DNA of 64,000 nucleotides from an uncultured Methanosarcinaceae archaeon (GCA_963727895.1 CAVSHT010000012.1:385255-449254); one strand, 5' to 3'; numbered from the stretch's first letter, positions 21,663 to 32,271 are shown. The notes: generated by a model not told the origin, from the sequence alone. A program made the numbers and translations.

Positions 21663-22510
21663 AGATGGAAACTATTGAAAGTTCGAGAATGGGTAATCTG
21701 GAAAGCACGCAAATGAGAAAATATGTAGATTTGAAAGGAGAGGTGCCAGAAATTAAAAATAAATGGATTTACCTTTTAATTCCAATTGCAGCAATTGCTT
21801 TTGCGGAGATACTGATCTTTTTGGGAAGGGAACTCGAGGCCATGGAGCTATATGCCGTAATTCTTCTTGGTCTTTCCTTTTCCACAATGTTCATAGAAAG
21901 TAAGGAAATCCAAAAAACATACCAGGCTTTCCTCCTTCTTCCAATACTGCGTCTGGTAGATTTCTCAATGCCACTATTCTATGAAGAGAAGTTGTATAAC
22001 CTTATTTTCATATATGGCCTTCTGATAATTCCTGTAAGTATTGCAGCTACCAATCAGGAGTTTAGTGGTGCAGAGCTTGGGATAACCTTTAAAAAAATAG
22101 GTAGATATATTTTACTTTCAATATTATTGGGTTTTTTTTTAGGAGTAGGAGAATTCACTATAGTCGGGAAAAATCCTCTCATTTATTATCTCTCAATATT
22201 TAACCTGCTTATTCTCACCGTAATTATGATCTTTGTAGTAAGTTTTGTAGAAGAACTAATATTCAGGTCAATTCTGCAGAACCGACTGGAAACCATAATA
22301 GGCAGCACAAAAGCAGTGATTATTACAAGTATTCTATTCGGCTTAATGCAATCAGGATATGGAAACGTTTACGAGTTTATATATATATTCTTTGTAGGAG
22401 TTCTTTTAGGATACCTATTTCATAAGACACGGAGCTTACCATTGGTTACGCTAATTCATGGTTTTATGAATGTGTTCTTTTTTGGGATAATACCCCTTCT
22501 TCTCCTATAA
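21659..22510 (+). CDS. CPBP (Abi/CAAX-II) intramembrane glutamic protease
   Basis: EELIFRSILQ, SILFGLMQ (Q where H is usual), TRSL...LIHGFMN; overlaps the DUF1616 stop (GTGA). Confidence 0.85.
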   Translation: MKMETIESSRMGNLESTQMRKYVDLKGEVPEIKNKWIYLLIPIAAIAFAEILIFLGRELEAMELYAVILLGLSFSTMFIESKEIQKTYQAFLLLPILRLVDFSMPLFYEEKLYNLIFIYGLLIIPVSIAATNQEFSGAELGITFKKIGRYILLSILLGFFLGVGEFTIVGKNPLIYYLSIFNLLILTVIMIFVVSFVEELIFRSILQNRLETIIGSTKAVIITSILFGLMQSGYGNVYEFIYIFFVGVLLGYLFHKTRSLPLVTLIHGFMNVFFFGIIPLLLL

Positions 22511-22962
22511 ATTTTTTATTTTAGAATTCAATCGAAAAATAAGGATAAGAAGAATTGTGCATAAGTGTAACTTTTCGAGAAAAGAAATAGCAGTTTGATT
22601 TTTATAGGAATCTAATACTGTAGTTATTAAGTATAATAGTGAGAAGGTTACTCACTCTGTATTTAAAAAAGTTTTTGAGAACAAATTGTGATTACATAAT
22701 AATCCATTTTGATCAAATTTCTCTTTAATATTCGCGATTAAACTTTTTTTCAAAAATCTGATCTCAAACGATCTACATATAATTTTAAAGAGTGGTATTA
22801 TAAAAAACTTTGAAACAAGCTCCAAAGGAATAAAATGAAAAGAGTAATAGTGTGATCAGGCTACTTATTTCAAGTTTAAGGGACTTGCTTTAGAAGGATT
22901 TTTACAGAGCCGAATGGTTTGTAGAAGAAGCCTACATGACTCGAAGCTGAATCTTTCCTCAG

Positions 22963-23220
22963 TCATTTAGGAAATAGTTCGACAACCTTAAAAAGAATGA
23001 TCGCACCAAAGCAAAAAAGCAGTGGAATTATTCCCATATTTAAAGAAACCTTGACAGCACTTTCCCAGTGTTTCGACATAGGTACGAAATACCTGAACAA
23101 CAGCAGTAAAAGCAAAACTGCCGTAGCTACAGATGCACCATCAGATATTCCTGGTATTGCTGTTACCGCTGAAAGCGCACCTGAAGAAACTGAGTTAGAT
23201 GCAACTAAACTTGTAAGCGT
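22963..23220 (-). CDS. Small 85-aa two-TM protein, paralog of 32272..32550; begins with ACG (mutated or non-canonical start)
   Basis: AGGAG-N8-ACG then LTSLVASNSVSSGALSAVTAIPGISDGASVATAVLLLLLLFRYFVPMSKHWESAVKVSLNMGIIPLLFCFGAIILFKVVELFPK*; absent from the ORF track. Confidence 0.72.
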   Translation of the reverse strand, partial: TLTSLVASNSVSSGALSAVTAIPGISDGASVATAVLLLLLLFRYFVPMSKHWESAVKVSLNMGIIPLLFCFGAIILFKVVELFPK

Positions 23221-23755
23221 AGCGAGAACTCCTTAAATTGATTAGTATATTTGAGAAACAAATAAGCAATCAGATATAAAAATCCTCCTCATACTACTGA
23301 CAAATAATAAGAAGAAAAAATAAACTTGAACTTAAAAACGGAATAAAATTGTCTTAAAAAATTAAGAAATACTATGAGCTTTATTTGTGCAGTTGAAAAT
23401 TGCGCGGTATATTATAAGTAATAGTTAGAATGTGTATTGTGAAACCTTGCAAAGGTAGAACATTAACTGAAGAATTTGATATAAAGTAAAAGAGGATAAT
23501 AAATTAAACCAAATCATTAAATAATTACAAGACATACTTGAATAAAAAACAAAAGAAGTTATGAACATCAATAGGAAAGAATATCTGAAAAAAATAATAG
23601 CATTCGCCCTTTAAATTCCCTCTGATATAGGATTGGTCCGAGTATCAAGAACGTGAAAAATTAAGAATCACATAATATTATAAAAAACGAATATGTTTTC
23701 AAACTCCAACAGAAAGTTTTTTTGGTTAATAAAAACCAGAAAAACGGGGGGAACA

Positions 23756-24424
23756 ATGAACTCTAATGAATTTAAAATTCACAATTCTTCAAAGATATAC
23801 GGTAGTTCTGTAATTGGAAAAGATACAATAATAATGGAAAATGTGATATTAGGATACCCTGAACACAAAGTCCTGATGGAACTCCTGAAGCAAAACATTG
23901 AAATTGAGAACTTTGATTTTCCTGGATGTACTATTGGTCCAGATTCGATTATAAGAGCCGGATCAACTATATTTTCTAATGTAAAAACTGGAAAAAATTT
24001 CAAAACCGGGCATAATGTAATGATTAGAGAAAATACGGAAATTGGAAACAACGTTCTTATCGGAACTAATGTCATTATAGATGGACATGTAAAGATAGGA
24101 AACAATGTCAGCATCCAGGGAAATGTTTACATTCCGACCAATGTTATCATTGAGGACAACGTATTCATCGGACCCTGTGCGGTTCTAGCCAATGATAAAT
24201 ATCCTATTAGAAAGAATTACGAATTGAAAGGTCCTGTTTTAAGAAAAGGCGCTTCTATAGGTGCAAATGCTACCTTATTGCCAGATGTTGAAATAGGAGA
24301 AGGAGCGATGGTTGCTGGAGGAGCACTTGTGACAAAAAATGTTCCTGCCTGGAAGCTTGCAATCGGAACGCCTGCTAAAATACAAGAACTTCCCGAAGAT
24401 TTAATGGAATTGAATAGAATATAA
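23756..24424 (+). CDS. Hexapeptide-repeat N-acetyltransferase (WbpD-like)
   Basis: IG.. hexapeptide repeats, FIGPCAVLANDKYP, GASIGANAT; ATG 23756 follows GGGGGG. Confidence 0.85.
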   Translation: MNSNEFKIHNSSKIYGSSVIGKDTIIMENVILGYPEHKVLMELLKQNIEIENFDFPGCTIGPDSIIRAGSTIFSNVKTGKNFKTGHNVMIRENTEIGNNVLIGTNVIIDGHVKIGNNVSIQGNVYIPTNVIIEDNVFIGPCAVLANDKYPIRKNYELKGPVLRKGASIGANATLLPDVEIGEGAMVAGGALVTKNVPAWKLAIGTPAKIQELPEDLMELNRI

Positions 24425-24483
24425 GCTTATAAAAATCATGTCATATAGATTAATTTATTGGAATTATTAAAAGAGGCCTCAAG

Positions 24484-25566
24484 ATGATCCCAATTGCCAA
24501 GCCTTTAATGGGTAAGGAAGAAATTGATGCAGTAACAGATGTCCTGAGTTCAGGTATGATTGCACAGGGCCCAAAAGTTGAAGAATTTGAACAGGCTTTT
24601 TCTGAATACACTGGCTGTGATTATGGAGTTGCAGTCAATTCCGGCACTGCAGCTCTGCACGTTGCACTTCTCGCCCATGGCATAGGAAAGGGAAATGAAG
24701 TGATTACAAGCCCTTTCAGTTTCATTGCAACAGCAAATAGTATTCTTTATACCGGGGCAAAACCTGTTTTTGCAGATATTGAATCCGAGACATATAATAT
24801 AGATCCTGAAAAAATTCAGGAAAAAATCACTCCAAAAACCAGAGCCATTTTGCCTGTCCATCTCTATGGACATCCTGCAGACATGAAAGCCATAATGGAA
24901 ATTGCAGAAGACAATAAGCTTATTGTAATTGAGGATGCCTGCCAATCCCATGGCGCAGAATGTCTTGGAAAAAGAGTAGGCAGCTTCGGAACAGGAGCAT
25001 TCAGCTTTTATCCTACTAAAAATATGACAACCAGTGAAGGTGGAATGCTCACTACAAGCGATAAAGAAATTGCAGAAAAGGCAAATATGATTCGGGCCCA
25101 TGGCTCAAAAGTACGCTATTTGCACGAAATGCTGGGTTTTAATCTGCGAATGACTGATATTGCAGCTGCAATCGGGCTTGTACAGCTTGGGAAACTGGAC
25201 GGATTTATCGCAAACAGGCAGAAAAATGCAGAAATTCTATCTACGAAATTAAAAAGCATATCCGAGATTGCAACTCCAGTAATTAGAGACAATTGCACTC
25301 ATGTATTCCATCAATATACGATCAGAGCAGAAAAGAGAGATAAACTGGCAGATTTCCTGAAAGAGAAAGAAATAGGAACTGGAGTTTATTATCCAATACC
25401 TATTCATAAGCAGCCTGTCTACAGAGAACTTGGATACAAAGACTCTTTACCGACCTCAGAAAAAGCATCAGAAGAGGTAATTTCTCTCCCTGTACACCCC
25501 GCATTGTCTACAACTGATTTGCAGGAAATAGTAGAAGTGATCAAAGAATTTTATGCAAAAGAATGA
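24484..25566 (+). CDS. DegT/DnrJ/EryC1/StrS aminotransferase (WbpE-like)
   Basis: NSGTAALH, PVHLYG, IEDACQSHG, FSFYPTKNMTTSEGG, GFNLRM. Confidence 0.93.
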   Translation: MIPIAKPLMGKEEIDAVTDVLSSGMIAQGPKVEEFEQAFSEYTGCDYGVAVNSGTAALHVALLAHGIGKGNEVITSPFSFIATANSILYTGAKPVFADIESETYNIDPEKIQEKITPKTRAILPVHLYGHPADMKAIMEIAEDNKLIVIEDACQSHGAECLGKRVGSFGTGAFSFYPTKNMTTSEGGMLTTSDKEIAEKANMIRAHGSKVRYLHEMLGFNLRMTDIAAAIGLVQLGKLDGFIANRQKNAEILSTKLKSISEIATPVIRDNCTHVFHQYTIRAEKRDKLADFLKEKEIGTGVYYPIPIHKQPVYRELGYKDSLPTSEKASEEVISLPVHPALSTTDLQEIVEVIKEFYAKE

Positions 25567-25606
25567 GTCGTTTTTAAATGCATTCTTAGAAACAGGAGTG
25601 AGACTT

Positions 25607-26545
25607 TTGATTAGAGTAGGAGTAATAGGTACAGGGGCTATGGGACAGAACCACGTAAGGATCTACAGTGAAATGAATGGAGTAGAGCTTGCTGGGATTT
25701 CAGATGTAGACCAGAAACGTGTCGAAGCAATGGCTGCACAGTTCAAGACAAAAGCTTTTACAGACTATAAGAAAATGCTTGCTGAAGGGCTTGATGCTGT
25801 AAGTGTAGTTGTACCCACTAAGCTACATACACAGGTCGTACTTGATGCTCTTGATGCAGGAGTGAATGTCCTTGTAGAAAAGCCTATTGCAGATACGCCT
25901 GAAAACGCGGATCTGATGATAGCAGCCGCAAAAAAGGCTGGAAAAATCCTTATGGTTGGACACATTGAACGTTTTAACCCCGCGGTCATAAAGCTCAAAG
26001 AGATTATAAATTCAGGCACTTTAGGGAAAATAGTTTCAATTTCTACAAAGAGAGTTGGACCCTACAACCCCAGGATAAGGGATGTAGGAGTAATTCTAGA
26101 TATTGGCGTCCATGATATAGATGTGATCTCATACCTTTACGGTAAGAAAATAAACAGTGTTTATGCTATCGCAGGTGCAGATATTCACTCATTTGAAGAT
26201 CATGCATCAATTATCCTGCGCATGGATCATAACTTTGCAGGAGTTGTAGAAACAAACTGGTTGACCCCACACAAAGTAAGGCAGTTAACAGCGATAGGAG
26301 TTAAAGGGGTTGCTTATCTCGATTATATTAATCAGACAGTACAGATACATGATAACGAATGGATAAGAAAAGCCAAAGTAGAACATAGTGAACCCCTGAA
26401 AAATGAACTCACGTATTTCATAGATTGTGCTGTAAATGGTAAGAGTCCTAACCCTTGCGGAGAAGACGGGAAACATGCCCTTGAAGTGGCAATGGCAGCC
26501 ATAAAATCCTACGAAGAAGAAAGGTTAATTGAAGTGGGAAAATAA
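25607..26545 (+). CDS. Gfo/Idh/MocA oxidoreductase (WbpB-like UDP-sugar 3-dehydrogenase)
   Basis: VGVIGTGAMG, VLVEKPIA, GHIERFNP, DIGVHDID; TTG start after GGAGTG. Confidence 0.88.
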   Translation: MIRVGVIGTGAMGQNHVRIYSEMNGVELAGISDVDQKRVEAMAAQFKTKAFTDYKKMLAEGLDAVSVVVPTKLHTQVVLDALDAGVNVLVEKPIADTPENADLMIAAAKKAGKILMVGHIERFNPAVIKLKEIINSGTLGKIVSISTKRVGPYNPRIRDVGVILDIGVHDIDVISYLYGKKINSVYAIAGADIHSFEDHASIILRMDHNFAGVVETNWLTPHKVRQLTAIGVKGVAYLDYINQTVQIHDNEWIRKAKVEHSEPLKNELTYFIDCAVNGKSPNPCGEDGKHALEVAMAAIKSYEEERLIEVGK

Positions 26546-26615
26546 GCCGAAAAATGTTCAGAAGACAGAAATTAGAAAATAGAATAATTCAAAAAATTAA
26601 AAAACAATTTGGGAA

Positions 26616-28052
26616 GTGAAATATATGAGTAAATTAGAAACACTTATCACGAAAAGAGGTCCAATCAAAAAAATAGGAGTACTTGGAATGGGCTACGTAG
26701 GTATTCCTTCAGCTGTTCTTTTCGCAGATGCTTCGTGTTTTGATAAAGTTCTCGGTTTCCAGCGCAACTCAAAAAGTTCAAGTTACAAAATCGATATGCT
26801 TAACCGTGGAGAAAGCCCTCTCAAAGGAGAGGAACCAGGCCTTGAAGATTTAATTAATAAAGTTGTGAAAGCTGGTAAGTTTGAGTGCACTTCCGATTTC
26901 TCAAGAATATCAGAACTTGATGCTGTCACGCTTGCAATCCAAACTCCTTTTGCAAATCCCAAAGATCTAGAACCTGACTTTTCCGCGCTCATTGAAGGTA
27001 TAAGAAACGTAGGAAAATACCTTAAACCCGGAATGCTCGTTGTCCTTGAGTCCACAATCACCCCTGGAACAACTGAAAGTATGGCAAAAAAGATTCTTGA
27101 AGAAGAGTCAGGACTAAAAGCAGGAGAAGATTTTGCTCTTGCTCATGCCCCGGAAAGAGTGATGGTAGGTAGGCTTTTGAAGAATATCAGAGAACATGAC
27201 AGGATTGTAGGTGGGATTAATGAAGTAAGCACCAAAAGAGCTGTTGAACTTTATTCTCCTGTATTGACTGTGGGAAAAGTAATTCCAATGAGTGCAACTG
27301 CAGCTGAGGTCACGAAAACTGCAGAAAATACTTTCCGCGATCTCCAGATTGCAGCAATCAACCAGCTTGCCCTTTACTGTGAAGCCATGGGCATAAACGT
27401 GTATGACGTAAGAACTGGTGTGGACAGTTTAAAAGGAGAAGGCATTACAAGAGCAGTTCTCTGGCCAGGAGCAGGGGTTGGAGGTCATTGCCTTACCAAG
27501 GACACATACCATCTGGAGAGGGGAGTTAAGATAGGGAGCGGACAGCTTGACTATCCTGAAGGCGCAGACTCAATCTACGTGCTCGCAAGAAAAGTCAATG
27601 ATTTCATGCCTTTACACATGTACAACCTGACTGTTGCAGCACTTAAAAGAATTGGAAAAGAGATGAAAGGCTCAAAGATTGCAATTCTTGGTTGGGCTTT
27701 TATCCGAGATTCAGATGATGCTAGGAACACACCTTCAGAGCCTTATAGAGATCTCTGCCTGAAAGCAGGTGCAATTATTGAAGTACACGATCCTTATGTT
27801 GTGCATTATCCAAAAGTTGAGATTTCAGATAATCTGGAGAAGGTTGTCAAGGATGCAGATGTCGTAGTGGTGCTGGCAGGACACAGTGCTTACTTTAATG
27901 TAAAGGCTGATTGGATAAAGGAAGTTACAGGTAAAACAAATCCGGTTATTGTGGACGGTAGAAATGTAATTGAACCGGATGAATTTATTGGCAAGGGCTT
28001 TGTTTATAAAGGAATAGGTAGAGGGGATAAAAACGAACATGTAATAGTATGA
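26616..28052 (+). CDS. Nucleotide-sugar 6-dehydrogenase (WbpA/WecC-like)
   Basis: GMGYVG, ESTITPGTT, HAPER, KTAENTFRD, GVGGHCL, DDARNTPS. Confidence 0.9.
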   Translation: MKYMSKLETLITKRGPIKKIGVLGMGYVGIPSAVLFADASCFDKVLGFQRNSKSSSYKIDMLNRGESPLKGEEPGLEDLINKVVKAGKFECTSDFSRISELDAVTLAIQTPFANPKDLEPDFSALIEGIRNVGKYLKPGMLVVLESTITPGTTESMAKKILEEESGLKAGEDFALAHAPERVMVGRLLKNIREHDRIVGGINEVSTKRAVELYSPVLTVGKVIPMSATAAEVTKTAENTFRDLQIAAINQLALYCEAMGINVYDVRTGVDSLKGEGITRAVLWPGAGVGGHCLTKDTYHLERGVKIGSGQLDYPEGADSIYVLARKVNDFMPLHMYNLTVAALKRIGKEMKGSKIAILGWAFIRDSDDARNTPSEPYRDLCLKAGAIIEVHDPYVVHYPKVEISDNLEKVVKDADVVVVLAGHSAYFNVKADWIKEVTGKTNPVIVDGRNVIEPDEFIGKGFVYKGIGRGDKNEHVIV

Positions 28053-28098
28053 ACATAGCATTAAATAGATTAGTTCAGCCTTTCAATCGGGAGAAAAA

Positions 28099-29154
28099 GT
28101 GAAAACAATGATCGAAAAACTGAAACGAAATACGGAACTCTGGGAGTTATTCACAAAAAAAGAAGAATACAATCCGATGCTTTCTGATCAGTACGATAGA
28201 TTCCCTTATTATTTAAGTAGTCAGAGAAATATCTTTGACCCCAGAGTTTCGAGATTTCTGGTCGAAAATGGATTATGCCCAGAGTATCCAGGTGGGAAAA
28301 AATTCGCAGTTTGCCTTACTCATGATATTGATGTGGCATATCCAGAAAAGTTCTATCCGATCATTGGCACTGCCAAAGCTTTTACTAAAGGAAATTTAAC
28401 AGATGCTATAAAGATACCTTTATGTAGAATTTGCAATGCGCTTAACCCTTGCTGGAATTTTAGAGAAATAATAGAGCTGGAGGCAAAATACAATGCAAAA
28501 TCCAGCTTTTATTTTCTGGCCTTAAAACCTGGAGAAAAAGACTTTAATTATAAAATTGAGGACTTAGAAGATGAATTAAAGTTTATATCTGATCATGGGT
28601 GGGAAATAGGATTGCACGGAGGGCACGAATCTTACAACAACCTGGAAGATATAAAGGAAAAAAAACAGATACTTGAAAACGTTTTAGGTAAAGAAATTAT
28701 AGGGTACAGAAATCATTATTTAAGGTTCAAAGTACCGGATACATGGGAATTGTTAAGCAAAGCAAACTTTAAGTATGACACAACATTCGGATATTCTGAT
28801 TGTGCTGGTTTTAGAAATGGGATGTGCCATCCTTTCAAGCCTTACAATATAAACACTGGAAAACAAATTGATATCATTGAAATTCCTCTCATAGTTATGG
28901 ATCGGACTTTATTTAGGGACTACATGCGGCTTGACGTTAAAAAGTCCTGGGAGCTTATAAAAAGTCTTATTGATAAAGTTGAACAGTACAACGGTGTAAT
29001 CACGATTTTATGGCACAATAATACATCCATTGATGATCAAGGTCTCAAATATTACGAAAAATTCCTCAAATACGTTTCCGAGAAGAACGCCTGGATTACA
29101 AGTGGAGGAGATATCTATAAATGGTGGGCTACAAATATTGAACCAAGATTATAA
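28099..29154 (+). CDS. Polysaccharide deacetylase family protein
   Basis: CLTHDID, WEIGLHG, GYRNHYL, YDTTFG, GFRNGMCHPF, ILWHN; paralog of 48945..49994. Confidence 0.85.
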   Translation: MKTMIEKLKRNTELWELFTKKEEYNPMLSDQYDRFPYYLSSQRNIFDPRVSRFLVENGLCPEYPGGKKFAVCLTHDIDVAYPEKFYPIIGTAKAFTKGNLTDAIKIPLCRICNALNPCWNFREIIELEAKYNAKSSFYFLALKPGEKDFNYKIEDLEDELKFISDHGWEIGLHGGHESYNNLEDIKEKKQILENVLGKEIIGYRNHYLRFKVPDTWELLSKANFKYDTTFGYSDCAGFRNGMCHPFKPYNINTGKQIDIIEIPLIVMDRTLFRDYMRLDVKKSWELIKSLIDKVEQYNGVITILWHNNTSIDDQGLKYYEKFLKYVSEKNAWITSGGDIYKWWATNIEPRL

Positions 29155-29395
29155 AAAAGTATCTAAGTACGCAAGGTTATTCTGCCAAGAACGCTCGGCA
29201 CTAAAAGAATCAGGTTTCTCTTTATAATAAGGCAATGAATAAACCAGATATTGATTGAATGGTGGGCTACAAATATTGAACCAAGATTATAAAAAAGTAT
29301 CTAAGTACGCAAGGTTATTCTGCCAAGAACGCTCGGCACTAAAAGAATCAGGTTTCTCTTTATAATAAGGCAATGAATAAACCAGATATTGATTG
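29120..29395. repeat. Perfect 138-bp tandem duplication
   Basis: 29120-29257 is repeated at 29258-29395 (AATGGTGGGCTACAAATATTG...ACCAGATATTGATTG). Confidence 0.95.
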
Positions 29396-29726
29396 TTATT
29401 GTTTCTGGAGTAATTATTGGCATTTATTACCTGTATATCTTGAAAAACGATATGCAGATGAAAAATATATTGAAAGAATTCCGAGATTGATAATCTATAA
29501 GCTGATCCAAAAACTCAAAATTGAGTTTTCAAGTTCTTTATTTGAATTTTTGAGTTGAATTAGAAGTTGAATACTTTGTCATAATAAATAGTTTCTGAAC
29601 TTTTATTGATTAAATAGGAAGCTTAATTTTAGGGTGAAATCTAAAATATAACCACAAAAATTATATGAATCATTTACAGAAAATGAAGATTTATACAGAT
29701 CTTTTTACATATCTTTTATATATAAC

Positions 29727-31301
29727 TCACAGATCTTTTTGAAAACCAGAAATACGCTTTTGTCCTGCAACATATCTCTCTGAATCTGTGTATTTGACAA
29801 GTTTTCCATTGTCCATTATGGATATTGAACCATGACCACAGCAGATAAGGCATTTTTTGTTTTTTTCAGCAAGCTTTCTATCAATATCGGAAATGAGAGA
29901 AAGAAGGACCTGCCTTTCTTCTCGTGCAAGCTTGCTGTCAACGTTCACTGATGTCATAAGGTAATCAGCTAGAATATTATATTCAGTTCTATCAGGGCTC
30001 AAGCTTTTGAAATTGATCATAGTATCTTCAGGAAAGAGAAGTCCCTCTTCAGGACAAAGATAGAAGACTTCTCCATGCATATGTCCGCCCATCCCTTCAA
30101 GGGCTTCAAATTCAAGATTTCCGATATGAAACCGAGCAATAACAGGGAACGCTCCCCTTTTTTCGATTTTATTATCTGATAAAGAGGCTTCAGGAAAGAT
30201 AACTGTGTTTACAGGGGGAGTAAACCTGGAAAACAGGTTAATTATCTTTGTATAAGCCTCTTCAAGAATACACCCCTGACTGCTTGATCCATATGCTCTG
30301 CTGGTTTGCCTCGTGATAAGAAAAGTTTCACGATTCAGATAAGAAGGCACAGAGAAAAAACCCGCAGATCCGCAATGATCAGCATCAGCGTGCGTAATAT
30401 AAATCCTTTTTAGTTGACTCAGATCACCAAGTCCATAATGCTGAAACATATTTACAATGTCCTGAAAATAGATGCCATAGCCGGTATCTATCATGACCCT
30501 TTCTGAAGGCGTATCAAAGAGATAGATGTTTCCTCCACAGGGAGGTTGAAAACAGAAGAGTTCTATATCGTCTTTTATTTTTACTCTCTGTACGTCAGCA
30601 TAAAAATTTTCTCCTGATGTCCGGTTCAGGTAATCTCCAACTTTAAGAATGTTTTCGAAAATCTCTATAGGATCTTTCTGAAGATTTGAAAGTTCCTGGG
30701 TAATATGATTAATATCATGCAAAAACCTCATCAAAAAATCATCTTCGGTACTTCCAATAAACGACCTGAGCTTCTGCGCCAACCGAAGATAAAACACTGT
30801 GTCATCAAGCTTCTCTCCAGTTGTATCATATTCTAAAATATTTATTCTGTATCTGGTTTTAAGATGGTTTAGGAGGGCATCTATAATTTTAGGGTTTTCA
30901 ATATGGAGACCTACGACAAGCCTTTCAGGATGCTGTCCTCTATCATCAAAATCAAGATAAGTAATGTTTGATCTCGATGAAGTGATATAACTTAGGAAAT
31001 CAAATAGAGCGCCAGGACAATTGGGAAGATAAACATGAAACTTTAAAAACGCTACTGGTTGAAGAGACGTCTGGAGATAACCTATTTTTTCCAGCTCTTC
31101 ACGGATCTTTTCATAAGCCTGTGGAACAGCAGTAACTTCAAAGAAAACGGTATGTATGTCAATCCTGCGGTCGTACTGAATCCTATTAATATTTCCTTCA
31201 TACTTTGTGATAATTTCGGCTGCCTTATGCAATGCTCCAGGTATGTCAGGCATACAGGCGATAAAAGAGAATTGTTCCATTGAAAATCCCTGATTAAACA
31301 A
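29727..31301 (-). CDS. MBL-fold metallo-hydrolase with N-terminal ACT-like domains
   Basis: MPDIPGALHKA and LPNCPGAL ACT starts; MIDTG, ITHADADHCG, GGHMHG, CGHG. Confidence 0.8.
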   Translation of the reverse strand: MFNQGFSMEQFSFIACMPDIPGALHKAAEIITKYEGNINRIQYDRRIDIHTVFFEVTAVPQAYEKIREELEKIGYLQTSLQPVAFLKFHVYLPNCPGALFDFLSYITSSRSNITYLDFDDRGQHPERLVVGLHIENPKIIDALLNHLKTRYRINILEYDTTGEKLDDTVFYLRLAQKLRSFIGSTEDDFLMRFLHDINHITQELSNLQKDPIEIFENILKVGDYLNRTSGENFYADVQRVKIKDDIELFCFQPPCGGNIYLFDTPSERVMIDTGYGIYFQDIVNMFQHYGLGDLSQLKRIYITHADADHCGSAGFFSVPSYLNRETFLITRQTSRAYGSSSQGCILEEAYTKIINLFSRFTPPVNTVIFPEASLSDNKIEKRGAFPVIARFHIGNLEFEALEGMGGHMHGEVFYLCPEEGLLFPEDTMINFKSLSPDRTEYNILADYLMTSVNVDSKLAREERQVLLSLISDIDRKLAEKNKKCLICCGHGSISIMDNGKLVKYTDSERYVAGQKRISGFQKDL

Positions 31302-31413
31302 TTCTATTTTTTAGTAAATAAATAAACCCTGTTTTACCTTTAAGCTTTTCTGCCATCACAGGAAAAAATAGAAAAATTAAAGGAGATAGATTAAAGGAAA
31401 TAGATAAAAATAG

Positions 31414-32185
31414 GGCGTTGGTAATTAACTATAGTTATATACTATTAGAAAGTATATTTCTTCATTAACTGCCCCAGATGCAATAGTTCCAGTCACAAAA
31501 AGAACGGTATAGTTGTTGAGAACGGTATAGTTGGCGGGCGTCAACGGTACAAATGCTCTGATTGTGGCTATAACTATACAGTAGAGCTAAAATCAACTGC
31601 TTTTATCAACTGCTTTTTCCGCTTCTGTAAAAAGACAGGCTTTACAACTCTATCTTGAAGGATTGGGCTTTCGCTCAATAGGAAGAGTTTTAGGGGTAAG
31701 TCATGTTTCTGTCCAAAAATGGATAAAGAAATTTGGTCAAGAGTGAGAGAACCTAAAAAGTGAAAGTGAGATATCTATTGTTGAAATGGATGAGATGCAC
31801 ACTTACATCGGTAACAAAAAAAATATTGCTGGATCTGGATTGCTGTTGATAGAGTTGGGAAAAAGTTCATCAACTGCTCTTTTGGCAGCAGAGGAACGGA
31901 AACTGGAAAACTACTCTGGGAAAAATTGAAGAAAAAAGAGATTGGAGAAGTGATGACAGATCACTGGAAGAGCATATGCAGAGTTTCTTCCAGAAAAGAG
32001 TCATACTCAATCAAAAGCAGAAACGTATACTGTTGAAGGATATAACAGCATATTGAGGCACTTTTTGGCAAGATTGAGAAGAAAGACAAAGTGTTATACG
32101 AAGAGTTTTGAAATGCTAAAGTACTCGGTTATTCTATTGATGAAATACAGAAATAAAGAGTCAACTATGTTTAGATAACAATACC
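31414..32185 (+). mobile_element. IS1-family element copy 2, inactivated
   Basis: Ends GGCGTTGGTAATTAA / ATAACAATACC; ATT start, internal 18-bp and 13-bp micro-duplications, TGA at 31744, extra A near 31968; no TSD seen. Confidence 0.9.
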
Positions 32186-32271
32186 TCATTATTTAATCTT
32201 TGTTACTTTGGCAGAAAACTAGAAATATAAAAATAATCCCACATTTAGAAATTAATAAAACTCTATATTGA

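Noticed and set aside
22997..23236. Plus-strand 79-aa ORF as the real gene
   Set aside because: The opposite strand has an RBS and a clear paralog in the window; the plus ORF has no recognisable features
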